This document shows positions 19,577-31,229 of a stretch of 64,000 nucleotides of DNA, one piece after another. Source of the stretch: an uncultured Chloroflexia bacterium (GTDB lineage: Bacteria; Chloroflexota; Chloroflexia; Thermomicrobiales; Thermomicrobiaceae); assembly GCA_963782955.1 (NCBI GenBank), contig CAWALJ010000007.1:44357-108356 (forward strand), read 5' to 3'. The position numbers and the translations under genes were made by a program. Position 1 is the first letter of the stretch. Each line of letters begins with the position of its first letter. The notes under the pieces are model-generated. The model saw only the letters and a list, made by a program, of their open reading frames with translations. It ran no database searches and was not told where the DNA came from.

Positions 19577-19879
19577 CTAGAAGTTGTGATTCAGCGCAAT
19601 CATAACCAACATGATCGACATCGCCACGGCCATTCCGGCTGCGAACATGCCCGTCAACAGTCGCGAATCGAACTTCAGATGCATGTAGTAGCCGACCACG
19701 AGAACGAACTTGACGGCCATCAGCCCGAGCAGGACAAACGTAATCAAGTAGACGTTGGCGTGGACGTAATAGGTCGCAACCTCAATGATGGTGAAGACTG
19801 CCAGGAAAAGAGCCAGTTTGACGTACGTCGACGGCTCTGGGTAAGCGTGAACGACTTCTGAACCTGACTCTGAACTCAT
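19577..19879 (-). CDS. cytochrome c oxidase subunit IV (prokaryotic COX4-type small subunit)
   Basis: 100 aa, 3 TM helices, YVKLALFLAVFTIIEV pattern. Last gene of the oxidase operon. Confidence 0.7.
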   Translation of the reverse strand: MSSESGSEVVHAYPEPSTYVKLALFLAVFTIIEVATYYVHANVYLITFVLLGLMAVKFVLVVGYYMHLKFDSRLLTGMFAAGMAVAMSIMLVMIALNHNF

Positions 19880-19955
19880 ACTCCCCGTTCCTCTCTCTGC
19901 TCGCGAACGTCGGATTTCAAGCCGCGGCGCACGAGGACGCCGCGGCCGACCTGAG

Positions 19956-20570
19956 CTACGGTTTGTACGGGATCAGATAGACCACCGCGAAAATGATGAT
20001 CCAAACGATATCGACGAAGTGCCAGTAGAGCGCAACGATCTCCGGCATTTCGCCACGAGACGGTGGAATCTGTCCTCGCTTCGACATGACCCAGAGCGAA
20101 AGCAGCCAGATGATGCCGATGCCCACGTGCGTTCCGTGGAAGCCTGTCAGCACGAAGAACGTTGATCCGAAGAGGCTGCTGTGAAGGGTCAGACCCTCAT
20201 GGTAGAAGGTCGTGAACTCATAGAACTGGCCGCCCAGAAAGAGGAGACCAAGTCCTGCCGTCGCGAGTAGCCAATTGCGGAACGCTCGCTCATTGCCACG
20301 ATGCAGATACGTGAGCGCGAGCACGATCGCGAGACTGCTCAGAAGCAGTTCAGCGGCGCTCACCGACGTATATGGGATGTCCCACAAACTCTCCGGCTTC
20401 GGTCCGCCGGTTGCGTGACCGCGATAGACCATGTACGTCATGATCAGCGATCCGAAGAACATGCAGTCCGATGCGAGGAATGCCCACATCATCAGCTTAT
20501 TGTGGGAGATACCCGTCGAAGTCGTGTGCGCCTCGGCGGGATGCTCCTCGACGTGCGCTACCTGGACCAA
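19956..20570 (-). CDS. ctaE: cytochrome c oxidase subunit III
   Basis: 204 aa polytopic protein with FFGSLI, FVLTGFHGTHV and YWHFVD motifs. Confidence 0.9.
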   Translation of the reverse strand: MVQVAHVEEHPAEAHTTSTGISHNKLMMWAFLASDCMFFGSLIMTYMVYRGHATGGPKPESLWDIPYTSVSAAELLLSSLAIVLALTYLHRGNERAFRNWLLATAGLGLLFLGGQFYEFTTFYHEGLTLHSSLFGSTFFVLTGFHGTHVGIGIIWLLSLWVMSKRGQIPPSRGEMPEIVALYWHFVDIVWIIIFAVVYLIPYKP

Positions 20571-20601
20571 GGGCTCAATCCTTCCTTGCTACACGACTTC
20601 A

Positions 20602-22461
20602 TCAGTGGTTCGGCTCGAACGACCAACCGAAGAGGCTGACCGTCAGCACGATGACGCCGCCACCCACGACGAACCAGGACGCCATCAATCCGTCACCATG
20701 CATCACCATGCCAGCTGCCATAGCGGCAAGTCCCGCAGCCGCAGTAAGCGGGAAGTAGGATGACGGTGGCAGGTGAATGGCCCGCGTGCGAACCGGATCA
20801 GGATAGAGATTTGCCTGGCTTTCGCTCTCGGCCTCGGGGCCATTTGCGCCGTATTTCTGTTCCCAGAATGCGTCGCGTGAGTGAACCGTCGGCACCACCG
20901 CGAAGTTATAAACCGGCGGTGGCGAAGGAATCGACCACTCGAGCGTACGGCCGTCCCACGGGTCGGCGGGCGCTTTCACTCCGGAGCGCATCGACGTGAT
21001 GATGTTGTAGGCGAAGAGCAGGACGCTCACCCCAAGGATGTACGCACCGATCGTCTCGAACATGTTCCAGAAATTCCAGCCCATGCCGTTTGGATAGGTG
21101 TAGATGCGACGCGGCATGCCGTCGATGCCCAGGAAGTGCATCGGGAAGAAGGTCATGTTGAACGCGATCAACGTGATCCAGAAGTGAACTTGGCCGATCT
21201 TGTCATTGAGCATGCGACCAAAGATCTTCGGGAACCAGTAGTACATCGCGCCGAAGATCGCCATGATTGCGCCGCCGAACAGAACGTAGTGGAAGTGAGC
21301 GACGACGAAGTAGCTGTCGGTCTGCCAGTAGTCGATCGGTACTGAAGCGTGCATGACGCCGGATATACCGCCGATGGTGAACATGCCGACGAAACCCGCG
21401 GCGTAGAGTAACGGAGTCTTGATTGCGATCGACCCGCCCCACAGCGTTCCAAGCCAGTTGAAGATCTTCACACCGGTCGGGATAGCGATGAGCATTGTGG
21501 TCGTGGCGAAGACCGAGTTCGGAACCGGGCCAAGTCCAACGGCAAACATGTGGTGTGCCCACACGCCGAAGGAGAGGAAGCCGATTGCGACACCGGAGTA
21601 GACCACGAACGGATAACCGAACAGCGGCTTGCGGGCGAACGTCGGCAAGATTTCGGAGACCATGCCCATAGGCGGCAGGATCAGAATATAGACTTCGGGA
21701 TGTCCGAAGATCCAGAAAAGGTGCTGCCACAGGACGACCGATGCACCAGCGGTCGGCTCGAAGAAGAGCGTCCCGAAGTATCGATCGAACATCAGCTCAA
21801 TCAAGCCGACCGTCAGGGACGGGAAGGCGAGCAACAGCAGCACAGATGTGACTAGCGTCATCCAGGTAAAGACGGGCATGCGCATCATGCGCATCCCGGG
21901 AGCGCGCATGTTGATGATGGTCACGAAGAAGTTCAATGCGGATGCCAGCGAGGCTATGCCGAGAGTCTGCAGGCCGAATATCCAGAAGTCGACGTTGAGG
22001 CCAGGCGAGTAAGTCAGCGTCGTCAGGTTTGCATAGCCGAACCAGCCTGCGTCTGGGGCTGCACCGAACAAGAAACTGCTCAGCATCAAGAGCGAACCAA
22101 ACAAGAACGCCCAGTAGCTGAAGGCATTCAGTCTCGGAAATGCAACGTCACGCGCCCCGATTTGAAGGGGGATCATGAAGTTGAAGAACGCCGCGTTCAG
22201 TGGCATGACCACGAGGAAGATCATGATCGTGCCGTGCATGGTAAAGACTTCGTTGTAGGTAGTCGGTCCGAGGACCGTGTTGTTCGGCACCGCGAGTTGG
22301 GTGCGAATCAACAGCGCAAGACTTCCGCCGATCAAGAAGAAGATCAGCGACGTCATCATGTAGAGGATGCCGATCCGCTTGTGATCGACGGTCGTCATCC
22401 ACTCCCAGATGACCGAGCCTTCGCGCTCGACTTCACGTTGAGTTATCGCAATCTGCGCCAT
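20602..22461 (-). CDS. ctaD: cytochrome c oxidase subunit I
   Basis: TVDHKRIGILYM, WAHHMFAVG and HFHYVL motifs. Start set at MAQIAIT (ATG 22461, GGGGGA SD); ORF-track start 22488 remains possible. Confidence 0.93.
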   Translation of the reverse strand: MAQIAITQREVEREGSVIWEWMTTVDHKRIGILYMMTSLIFFLIGGSLALLIRTQLAVPNNTVLGPTTYNEVFTMHGTIMIFLVVMPLNAAFFNFMIPLQIGARDVAFPRLNAFSYWAFLFGSLLMLSSFLFGAAPDAGWFGYANLTTLTYSPGLNVDFWIFGLQTLGIASLASALNFFVTIINMRAPGMRMMRMPVFTWMTLVTSVLLLLAFPSLTVGLIELMFDRYFGTLFFEPTAGASVVLWQHLFWIFGHPEVYILILPPMGMVSEILPTFARKPLFGYPFVVYSGVAIGFLSFGVWAHHMFAVGLGPVPNSVFATTTMLIAIPTGVKIFNWLGTLWGGSIAIKTPLLYAAGFVGMFTIGGISGVMHASVPIDYWQTDSYFVVAHFHYVLFGGAIMAIFGAMYYWFPKIFGRMLNDKIGQVHFWITLIAFNMTFFPMHFLGIDGMPRRIYTYPNGMGWNFWNMFETIGAYILGVSVLLFAYNIITSMRSGVKAPADPWDGRTLEWSIPSPPPVYNFAVVPTVHSRDAFWEQKYGANGPEAESESQANLYPDPVRTRAIHLPPSSYFPLTAAAGLAAMAAGMVMHGDGLMASWFVVGGGVIVLTVSLFGWSFEPNH

Positions 22462-22528
22462 TACCGATCCCCCATCCCGCGGCACCAAATCCCGACGTTC
22501 GTCGATCGATCATCACGATTTGAAGTCG

Positions 22529-23587
22529 TCATTTAAGAGTCTCCAGGTAATGAGCCACGGCGTTTGCCTGATCCTGGGTTAGCCCAAGGGTCGGCATCTT
22601 CGTGCCTGGCTTCACTGCCTGTGGATCGTGGACCCATTTCGCGATGTTGGCTTCGGTCTGCGTCAGCACGTCGCCAGCGATGATCCCGCGGCTTCCAACG
22701 TGGGTCAGATTCGGACCGAAGGTTCCAAGTGCCTGAGTCGTCTGTCCGTTGACTTGAGCACTCGCGCCATTGATCGTGTGACAACCGGTGCAGCCGGCGG
22801 TGAAGAAGACCTGCTTGCCCTGCTGGGCGAGCTGATCGTTGGTGACATCGGCAGCGGGTTGCTGCATCTGTTTGATCCAGGCGTCGAAGTCCGGCTTCGA
22901 TTGAACGACCACGTCAAACGCCATGTGTGCGTGCTGCGTGCCGCAGAACTCGGCGCATTGTCCGCGGAAGGTGCCGAGTTCGTTCGCGGTGAATGAGAGG
23001 TGATTGTGCTGGTTCGGAACAACGTCCTGCTTGCCGGCCAGCTTCGGGATCCAGAAGCTGTGAATCACGTCAGCACTGCTGAGGTCGACTTCGATCTTCG
23101 TGCCGATGGGAATGTGCATCTCATCGGCCACGACGACGTTCCCGTTATTCGGGTAGTCGAACTCCCACCACCACTGATGACCGACCACGTGAACTGTCAC
23201 CGAGCCGGGCCCCGGCTTTTTGGCGAAGTTCGCGATCGTGGTCAGTGTTGGGACGGCGATAACCGCCAGCACCAGGGCCGGCATAATCGTCCATGCGATT
23301 TCGAGCTTGGTATTACCGTGCGTTGGATGTGGAGCGGGTTGATTTGGTCGACGACGGAAACGAACAACGGCGTAGATCAATACGCCCTGAACAATGACAA
23401 ACACCACCACGGATGCCCAGAAGATCGGAACAAACAAGTTCCAGATCGTCTGCATGTTGTCGCCCGCAGGTTGGTTCACCGATTGCGGCCCACCGCCGAA
23501 CGCGGTGCAGCCACCAAGGATGACCACGAGCAATGCGAAAAACGCTACCGCGATGGCGCGTTTGACTCGGCCAGACCCTCTCGCCAT
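22529..23587 (-). CDS. ctaC: cytochrome c oxidase subunit II fused to a C-terminal cytochrome c domain (caa3 type)
   Basis: CuA site CAEFCGTQHAHM, heme c site CTGCHT, and a lipoprotein-like signal ending LGGC. Confidence 0.9.
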   Translation of the reverse strand: MARGSGRVKRAIAVAFFALLVVILGGCTAFGGGPQSVNQPAGDNMQTIWNLFVPIFWASVVVFVIVQGVLIYAVVRFRRRPNQPAPHPTHGNTKLEIAWTIMPALVLAVIAVPTLTTIANFAKKPGPGSVTVHVVGHQWWWEFDYPNNGNVVVADEMHIPIGTKIEVDLSSADVIHSFWIPKLAGKQDVVPNQHNHLSFTANELGTFRGQCAEFCGTQHAHMAFDVVVQSKPDFDAWIKQMQQPAADVTNDQLAQQGKQVFFTAGCTGCHTINGASAQVNGQTTQALGTFGPNLTHVGSRGIIAGDVLTQTEANIAKWVHDPQAVKPGTKMPTLGLTQDQANAVAHYLETLK

Positions 23588-23974
23588 GATCCTCCCTGCT
23601 CACCTCGCAGCGCGAATGAGGCTCCCCCTGTGCCCCATTTCAGGCCACCAAAAATCACCGGCGATTATGCTACTACCTTATTGCCGGGGCTGTCACGCTT
23701 TCGTTATACCATCAACATCTTCTTTGACAATCCTGTGACGGGGGGTTTCCTGTCGGGAGTTTTCCGGCATTCTTCAAACGTGCGAACGATCTTATGCGGA
23801 ATGTACGTTCCCTGGGAATCCCGTCGCGGGGTTTTGCGGATCGCAAAGGTCGATTACTATTGGAAGAATCAACTCGGAGCGGACAGCACGGGCGCCGCGT
23901 ACTACCGTGCGCTTCCCTGATACCAGGGAGAGACTGTCCTTCCGAAAATCCGACATTTTAGGAGGGAGCTTGCT

Positions 23975-25951
<1,977 letters not shown>

Positions 25952-25984
25952 CCGACGGCGGTTCGAACCACTGGTCAAGACTTT

Positions 25985-26023
25985 GACCATGAGCCCCGCG
26001 GTGACACCGCGGGGCTCATGGTC
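25985..26023. terminator. 17-bp perfect hairpin downstream of acs
   Basis: gaccatgagccccgcgg-tgaca-ccgcggggctcatggtc read directly. No clear U-tract. Confidence 0.55.
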
Positions 26024-26298
26024 TGTCCCGCTCGTGCAGGCAGTTCTCAGGAGGAAACGGACTGCCCGGGCATTGCGGCTCAACGTACGTCAAAGAGTTC
26101 AATGTCTTCGCATCCGGACAAGCATGGAGTCCCGATCGCCAGCGGTTTGAGTCCCGACGATCGCACTCAGGGAGTTGCTCGCGCCAAAGTGACGTCCCAT
26201 ACATAGACTTCGCCGCGACAACGATGGACGGAGGCGCTCAGGACAGCAAGTCACGCTGGTAGCTCATCGTTGTCGGCCGGATATAGTCAGGCGGTCAG

Positions 26299-26658
26299 TT
26301 ACTCCGGTGCGTCGAACCAAGTGGGTGAGCCAACCGTCGTAATGCTGGCGTGAACCATCGAGTGTCCTGGCGCGGCGCCGTGCCAGTGACGTTCGCCTGG
26401 GGCGGCGTAGACCACGTCGCCAGGTTCGATCTCAAACGATTCGGTTTCCGTGCCGACTCGGCCCCGACCTTCCAGCACTATCAGAATTTGCTCACCTGGA
26501 TGCTCATGCCAGTGAGTTAGCGCTCCGTCGTCAAAGTGAACGATCGACACGCTCATTCCACCGTCACGTTGCTTCGCAATGGCGCGTTCGAGTGTGACAT
26601 GACCAGTGAACGTCTCTCCTCGTTCGCTCTGCGATTGTCCTTTTCGAATCACTTGCAT
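26299..26658 (-). CDS. cupin-domain protein
   Basis: HWHEHPGEQILIVLEG...GDVVYAAPGERHWHGA two-motif cupin pattern. Start set at ATG 26658 (AAGGAG SD). The long R-rich N-terminal extension of the ORF-track call was discarded. Confidence 0.8.
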   Translation of the reverse strand: MQVIRKGQSQSERGETFTGHVTLERAIAKQRDGGMSVSIVHFDDGALTHWHEHPGEQILIVLEGRGRVGTETESFEIEPGDVVYAAPGERHWHGAAPGHSMVHASITTVGSPTWFDAPE

Positions 26659-26743
26659 CGACTGCTCCTTTCGATGGCCATGATCATTCACGACAGAGTT
26701 CCTTGTCGAGACGCGCAGATTCCTGACCAGCCTGAACAGAGCG

Positions 26744-27493
26744 TTAGAGCATGACGTCTCCGCCGTTGGGTCCGAGCGTCTGTCCCACGTAATACGACCC
26801 GCCTTCTGACGCCAGGAAGACGGCCGTCGGTGCGACCTCGTGCGGCATGCCTTCCCGATGAATCGGCAGAAGGTCGACGTAGTTCTTGCTCGGCGCTCCC
26901 GGCGTCTTCGGCACGATGCCCGTTTCGATTGGTCCCGGCGCGATGCAATTGACCAGCACGCCGCGGTCCGCCACCTCTCGTGACAGCGCCTTGGTGAATC
27001 CGATGATCCCGGCTTTCGCGGCGGTGTAGTGAGCGAACCACTCGCGGCCGATCTGCCCAAGCTGTGACGAGATATTGATGATGCGTCCATCGCGGCGCTC
27101 TAGCATTCCCGGCAACACCATGCGAGTTACCAGAAACGTTCCGCGCAGATGGGTGGCGATCATCTCGTCCCAGGTCGAGACGTCCATCTGCTCAACTGGT
27201 GCCAACGTCACGAACCCCGCGTTGTTCACCAGAATGTCGATTCGTCCGAACTCGTCATTGACGCGATCGACCATCGAACGGACTGCTTGTTCTTGGGACA
27301 CGTCCGCTTGCACGGCAAAACTTCTGCGGTTGAGGTCAAGAATACGGGTAACGACATCCTCCGCCTCTTTGTCATGACTGCGGTAGTTAACCGCCACGTC
27401 CGCACCCTCATCGGCGAATGCGAGCGCGATGGATCGGCCGATACCTCTGCTAGCGCCGGTCACCAACGCTATACGCCCTTCTAGCAAACCCAT
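26744..27493 (-). CDS. short-chain dehydrogenase/reductase (FabG-like)
   Basis: TGASRGIGRS, NNAG and YTAAK motifs. Start set at ATG 27493 (GGAAGGA SD). Confidence 0.85.
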   Translation of the reverse strand: MGLLEGRIALVTGASRGIGRSIALAFADEGADVAVNYRSHDKEAEDVVTRILDLNRRSFAVQADVSQEQAVRSMVDRVNDEFGRIDILVNNAGFVTLAPVEQMDVSTWDEMIATHLRGTFLVTRMVLPGMLERRDGRIINISSQLGQIGREWFAHYTAAKAGIIGFTKALSREVADRGVLVNCIAPGPIETGIVPKTPGAPSKNYVDLLPIHREGMPHEVAPTAVFLASEGGSYYVGQTLGPNGGDVML

Positions 27494-27873
27494 CGTGATT
27501 CCTTCCTGGCTGATCTGTTGTTCACGTGCGTTGTCCTTGTCCTCGCGCAGATCTGAGTCTTTCTGCGTGGTCAGTGTATCGGAGATTGTTGGCGTTGGCG
27601 TCGGTTCGCCAGCGCTCACACGATAGAACCGTTCTCGCGTCAACGACAGAAACGCATGGACCCGACCCATCCCGTAAGTGCCGACAGGCGCGACGATGTA
27701 CCAGTGCCGCAACGGTGACCTATTCAATTGGCCGATTTGTTCATGCACTCACAACTGTTAGTCTCAACTCATTGGCTTGAGCTCGACGATGAAATATGGC
27801 ACCGGGATTTGCGGTGTTGCGAACACGCATGTCATTTTTGGCTGCAATTGGGAATCACTCGGCGCAGGCGTTG

Positions 27874-27902
27874 TTGACATCGTCAGAGCCTGAACATACC
27901 AT
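27874..27902 (+). promoter_or_regulatory. sigma70-like promoter TTGACA-17-TACCAT inside the 830-bp gap
   Basis: ttgaca tcgtcagagcctgaaca taccat read directly. About 420 nt upstream of the binding-protein gene. Confidence 0.35.
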
Positions 27903-28325
27903 GAGCCAAGAATTCGTCTGAACACACAAAGTATTTGTCATAGCGCGACGTCATCCGTACGCTGCCCGCTCAAGAATTTGCTGGGCCTCGCGCTGGATAA
28001 GCGGACCGTCCAATGGCAGATGCCGAACATCGGACCATCGGAAGTGACCAGGAACTCATTGCGCGATGACGTGGAGCGATAGCTTATCGCGAACGTCAAG
28101 GGTTCAGGTACAGACGATGGATGACAGATGGTTCGAGATTGAGAGGAGGCGGCTCGACTATCCGGAAGTCGGCCGAATGTCTGGTCCAAACAGTCGTAGG
28201 GCCAACCATTAACGGCCGACGTGTTTCCCACTCGGGGGCTTATTGAGTGGCTCGTGGATCGGATTCAGTGGGGATTCGAACCGATCGCGCTGACGACTCA
28301 CCGTACGAATTGAGGGGGAGAAACG

Positions 28326-30155
28326 ATGACGCACGACTACGACCGGGAAGATGCCGCATTTCGGCTAAACCCTATGCGCCAGCTGGTACCGTTCAGTTCA
28401 CGACTTACTCGACGTTCACTTATCAGAAGAGGCGCGGCCCTCGGTATCGGTACTTCAGCGGTGGCAACGTTATTGGCCGCATGCGGTTCCAGCAAGAGCA
28501 CGCCCGCGGCAACCACGGCCGCCACATCCGCGGCGAACACAGCGACGAGCGCCACAAGTGGAGGCTCGAGTAGCTCGACCACGACAACGTCATCATCGTC
28601 CACACAGTCGTCGAGTAGTAGCACCGCCTCGTATCAATTGGCTTCCGACCAAACACTGCGACTGCCGAGTGCCGAACCAGCGACGATGGACCCCGAGGTT
28701 ACGTCGGGCGACGGCATCGACATCATGTTCAACGTGTTCGATGGTCTGGTCGGAATCAATCAGGACACGGGCAAGGTCGAGCCGCACATGGCGGACAAGT
28801 ACGAGGCAAACGCTGACGCTTCCGAATACACGTTCACCCTCAAGAGCGGGCTGAAATGGTCAGACGGGACACCGCTCAATACCGCCGACTTCGTCTACAG
28901 CTGGAAGCGTGTGCTTCAGCCTGAAACCAAGTCCGCATACATTCCGGCGCTTTATCCGATCAAGGGAGTGCTCGACGCGGTCAAGAACGGTGCCTCGATC
29001 GACAGTATTGGTGTGAATGCGGTTGACGAGACTACGCTCAAGGTCACGCTCACTGATCCGACGCCGTATTTCCCATTGCTGGCAACAACCTGGACCTATT
29101 TCCCTGTTCCCAAACACGTGATCGACAAACAGGGCGAAAAATGGACCGAAGCAGCAAACATCGTCTCCACCGGCCCCTTTATCATGAAGGACTGGACGCA
29201 CAACGACAGCATCACGCTTGTGACGAATCCGAACTACTGGGGGCCGAAGCCAACTATCACCAAGGTTGTCTACTCGCTCTACCAGGATGAACTGTCTCAG
29301 TCGATCGTCGCCTATGAAAACAATGAGATCGACTACGCTCAGGTGCCATCATCCGATTTCGATCGTGTCAAGAATGATGCGACCGAGAGCAAGGAAATGG
29401 TAAACCTGACAGCCTCCTACACTCGTTTCGTAATTTGCGACTGCACGAACAAACCGACGAGTGACGTCAAATTCCGTCAGGCGCTCTCGATGTCAGTGGA
29501 TCGCAAAACGCTGGCTGACCAGGTGCGTCACGGACAAGTTGTTCCCGCCCCGACGCTGTTGCCGCCGGACATCCCGGGATACAACGAAAACGCGACGATC
29601 GGCGAGGACCTGGCGAAGGCAAAGCAGCTTCTCTCGGATGCCGGGATCACCGATCCAAGCTCTGTGAAGCTCACCATGGTCTATATCAGTACCGATGACT
29701 ACAAGCTTGACGCCGAGTATCTCCAGCAAACGTGGAAGAAGAACCTGGGAATCAACATTACGCTCGAGCCGATCGAACGCACCTCGTATAACGACTGGCG
29801 CGCTTCCAAGAAGAACGCTCCATACAACATTTACATTGGCAACTGGGGGTCTGACTTCGAGGATCCGTCGAACTGGTACAACCAGAACTTCACCCACGCG
29901 AGCGATCACTACAGCAGTCACTGGAACAATCCACAGTTCGACGCGGCCGTCGAGAAGGCTCGAACCGATACGAATGAAGCGAATCGAATCAAGGAATATC
30001 AAGACGCGAGCATGATCATCGCGCAGGATTCGCCGGTTATCCCGCTGTATCACGACGTGAACTACTACCTGGTCAAGCCTTACGTCAAGAAGCTGCACCT
30101 GCAGCCGCTCCTAACGTCTGTACACGCCAACCAGGTGGAGATCGCCAAGCACTAG
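28326..30155 (+). CDS. ABC transporter substrate-binding lipoprotein, family 5 (peptide/nickel, Dpp/Opp-like)
   Basis: Tat-like RRSLIRRGAALG followed by lipobox LAAC and a Ser/Thr-rich linker. The family-5 body includes WSDGTPL and YNIYIGNWGSDF. Confidence 0.88.
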   Translation: MTHDYDREDAAFRLNPMRQLVPFSSRLTRRSLIRRGAALGIGTSAVATLLAACGSSKSTPAATTAATSAANTATSATSGGSSSSTTTTSSSSTQSSSSSTASYQLASDQTLRLPSAEPATMDPEVTSGDGIDIMFNVFDGLVGINQDTGKVEPHMADKYEANADASEYTFTLKSGLKWSDGTPLNTADFVYSWKRVLQPETKSAYIPALYPIKGVLDAVKNGASIDSIGVNAVDETTLKVTLTDPTPYFPLLATTWTYFPVPKHVIDKQGEKWTEAANIVSTGPFIMKDWTHNDSITLVTNPNYWGPKPTITKVVYSLYQDELSQSIVAYENNEIDYAQVPSSDFDRVKNDATESKEMVNLTASYTRFVICDCTNKPTSDVKFRQALSMSVDRKTLADQVRHGQVVPAPTLLPPDIPGYNENATIGEDLAKAKQLLSDAGITDPSSVKLTMVYISTDDYKLDAEYLQQTWKKNLGINITLEPIERTSYNDWRASKKNAPYNIYIGNWGSDFEDPSNWYNQNFTHASDHYSSHWNNPQFDAAVEKARTDTNEANRIKEYQDASMIIAQDSPVIPLYHDVNYYLVKPYVKKLHLQPLLTSVHANQVEIAKH

Positions 30156-30271
30156 ATACGTCGATAGGTTACGCGAATGGAGCCGTGTGGCTCCAGGCTC
30201 GAGGTGCGGCCGATTCGAGGGAACTCGTTTCGGCGCGCCTCGGGAAACTGACTGGATAGGGCAGAGAACTC

Positions 30272-31207
30272 ATGAATCGACGAGCGGTAATCCTGCGGCG
30301 CGTACTGATGCTGGTTCCCACGATTCTGGCGATATACACGATCACCTTCGTGCTGATGCATGCCACACCAGGTGGACCATGGTCCGACCAGGGGGACAAA
30401 CCAATCCCACCGATCGTGCTCCAGCGGCTGAATAAGGCTTATGGATTGGACAAGCCGCTTTGGCAGCAGTATGTGTCGTATCTCAACAATGTGCTCCATG
30501 GTGACTTCGGTCCGTCGTATTCCCAGCGTTCCCTAACTGTGTCTGACATCATCAAAGCGGCCTTTCCGGTCTCTCTCAAGCTCGGACTCGTCGCCATGTC
30601 AATCGCTATCGTGGTGGGAGTAACGCTTGGCGTCGTAGGCGCAGTGAAACACAATTCTTTCCTGGATTACCTCACCAGCTTCACCGCGATCATCGGCATC
30701 TCGACTCCGCCATACGTGGTGGTGTCGGTCCTTGTGCTGATCTTAGCCAGCGATCTTCACTTGCTCGCGACCGGTGGATGGGGGGGTGTCTTCAGTTCGA
30801 AGATCATCATCCCGGCCATCGCGCTGTCGCTTTATCCAGCGGCGGTTATCGCTCGCTACACGCGGTCGAGCATGCTCGACGTGTTGAAGATGGACTACAT
30901 CCGGACCGCTCGGGCCAAGGGACTGAGGGAAACGCGCGTCATCATTCGGCATAGCATCCAAAATGCGCTGCTGCCCGTCATCACGGTGACCGGATTGATC
31001 CTGGCCGAGGTAGTGACTGGCTCATTCTTCATCGAGTCCATTTACTCGGTCCCGGGCCTTGGACGCTACTTCGTGCTAAGCATCTCGAATCGCGACTATC
31101 CAGTGATTCTTGGGACGGTCCTGCTTTTCGGGGCCTTGATCTCAATCATGAACCTCGTCGTGGACATCCTGTACCAGTTCCTGGATCCACGCATCGAGCT
31201 TTCTTAG
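30272..31207 (+). CDS. ABC transporter permease (DppB/OppB-like)
   Basis: N-terminus RRVLMLVPTILAIYTITFVLM and EAA-type loop DYIRTARAKGL. Confidence 0.9.
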   Translation: MNRRAVILRRVLMLVPTILAIYTITFVLMHATPGGPWSDQGDKPIPPIVLQRLNKAYGLDKPLWQQYVSYLNNVLHGDFGPSYSQRSLTVSDIIKAAFPVSLKLGLVAMSIAIVVGVTLGVVGAVKHNSFLDYLTSFTAIIGISTPPYVVVSVLVLILASDLHLLATGGWGGVFSSKIIIPAIALSLYPAAVIARYTRSSMLDVLKMDYIRTARAKGLRETRVIIRHSIQNALLPVITVTGLILAEVVTGSFFIESIYSVPGLGRYFVLSISNRDYPVILGTVLLFGALISIMNLVVDILYQFLDPRIELS

Positions 31208-31229
31208 TGGGGAATCGGGAGTACTGATC

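Noticed and set aside
23000-23920. 306-aa plus-strand ORF
   Set aside because: It is antisense to cytochrome oxidase subunit II and runs into the intergenic region. No motifs.
27789-27893. 34-aa Cys-containing peptide ORF (MKYGTGICGVANTHVIFGCNW...) as a RiPP precursor
   Set aside because: It has no SD and no adjacent maturation enzymes, and it overlaps the predicted promoter.
28268-28285. tRNA or tRNA fragment (GGGGATTCGAACC)
   Set aside because: The flanks do not form a T-stem or acceptor stem. At most it is a degenerate remnant.
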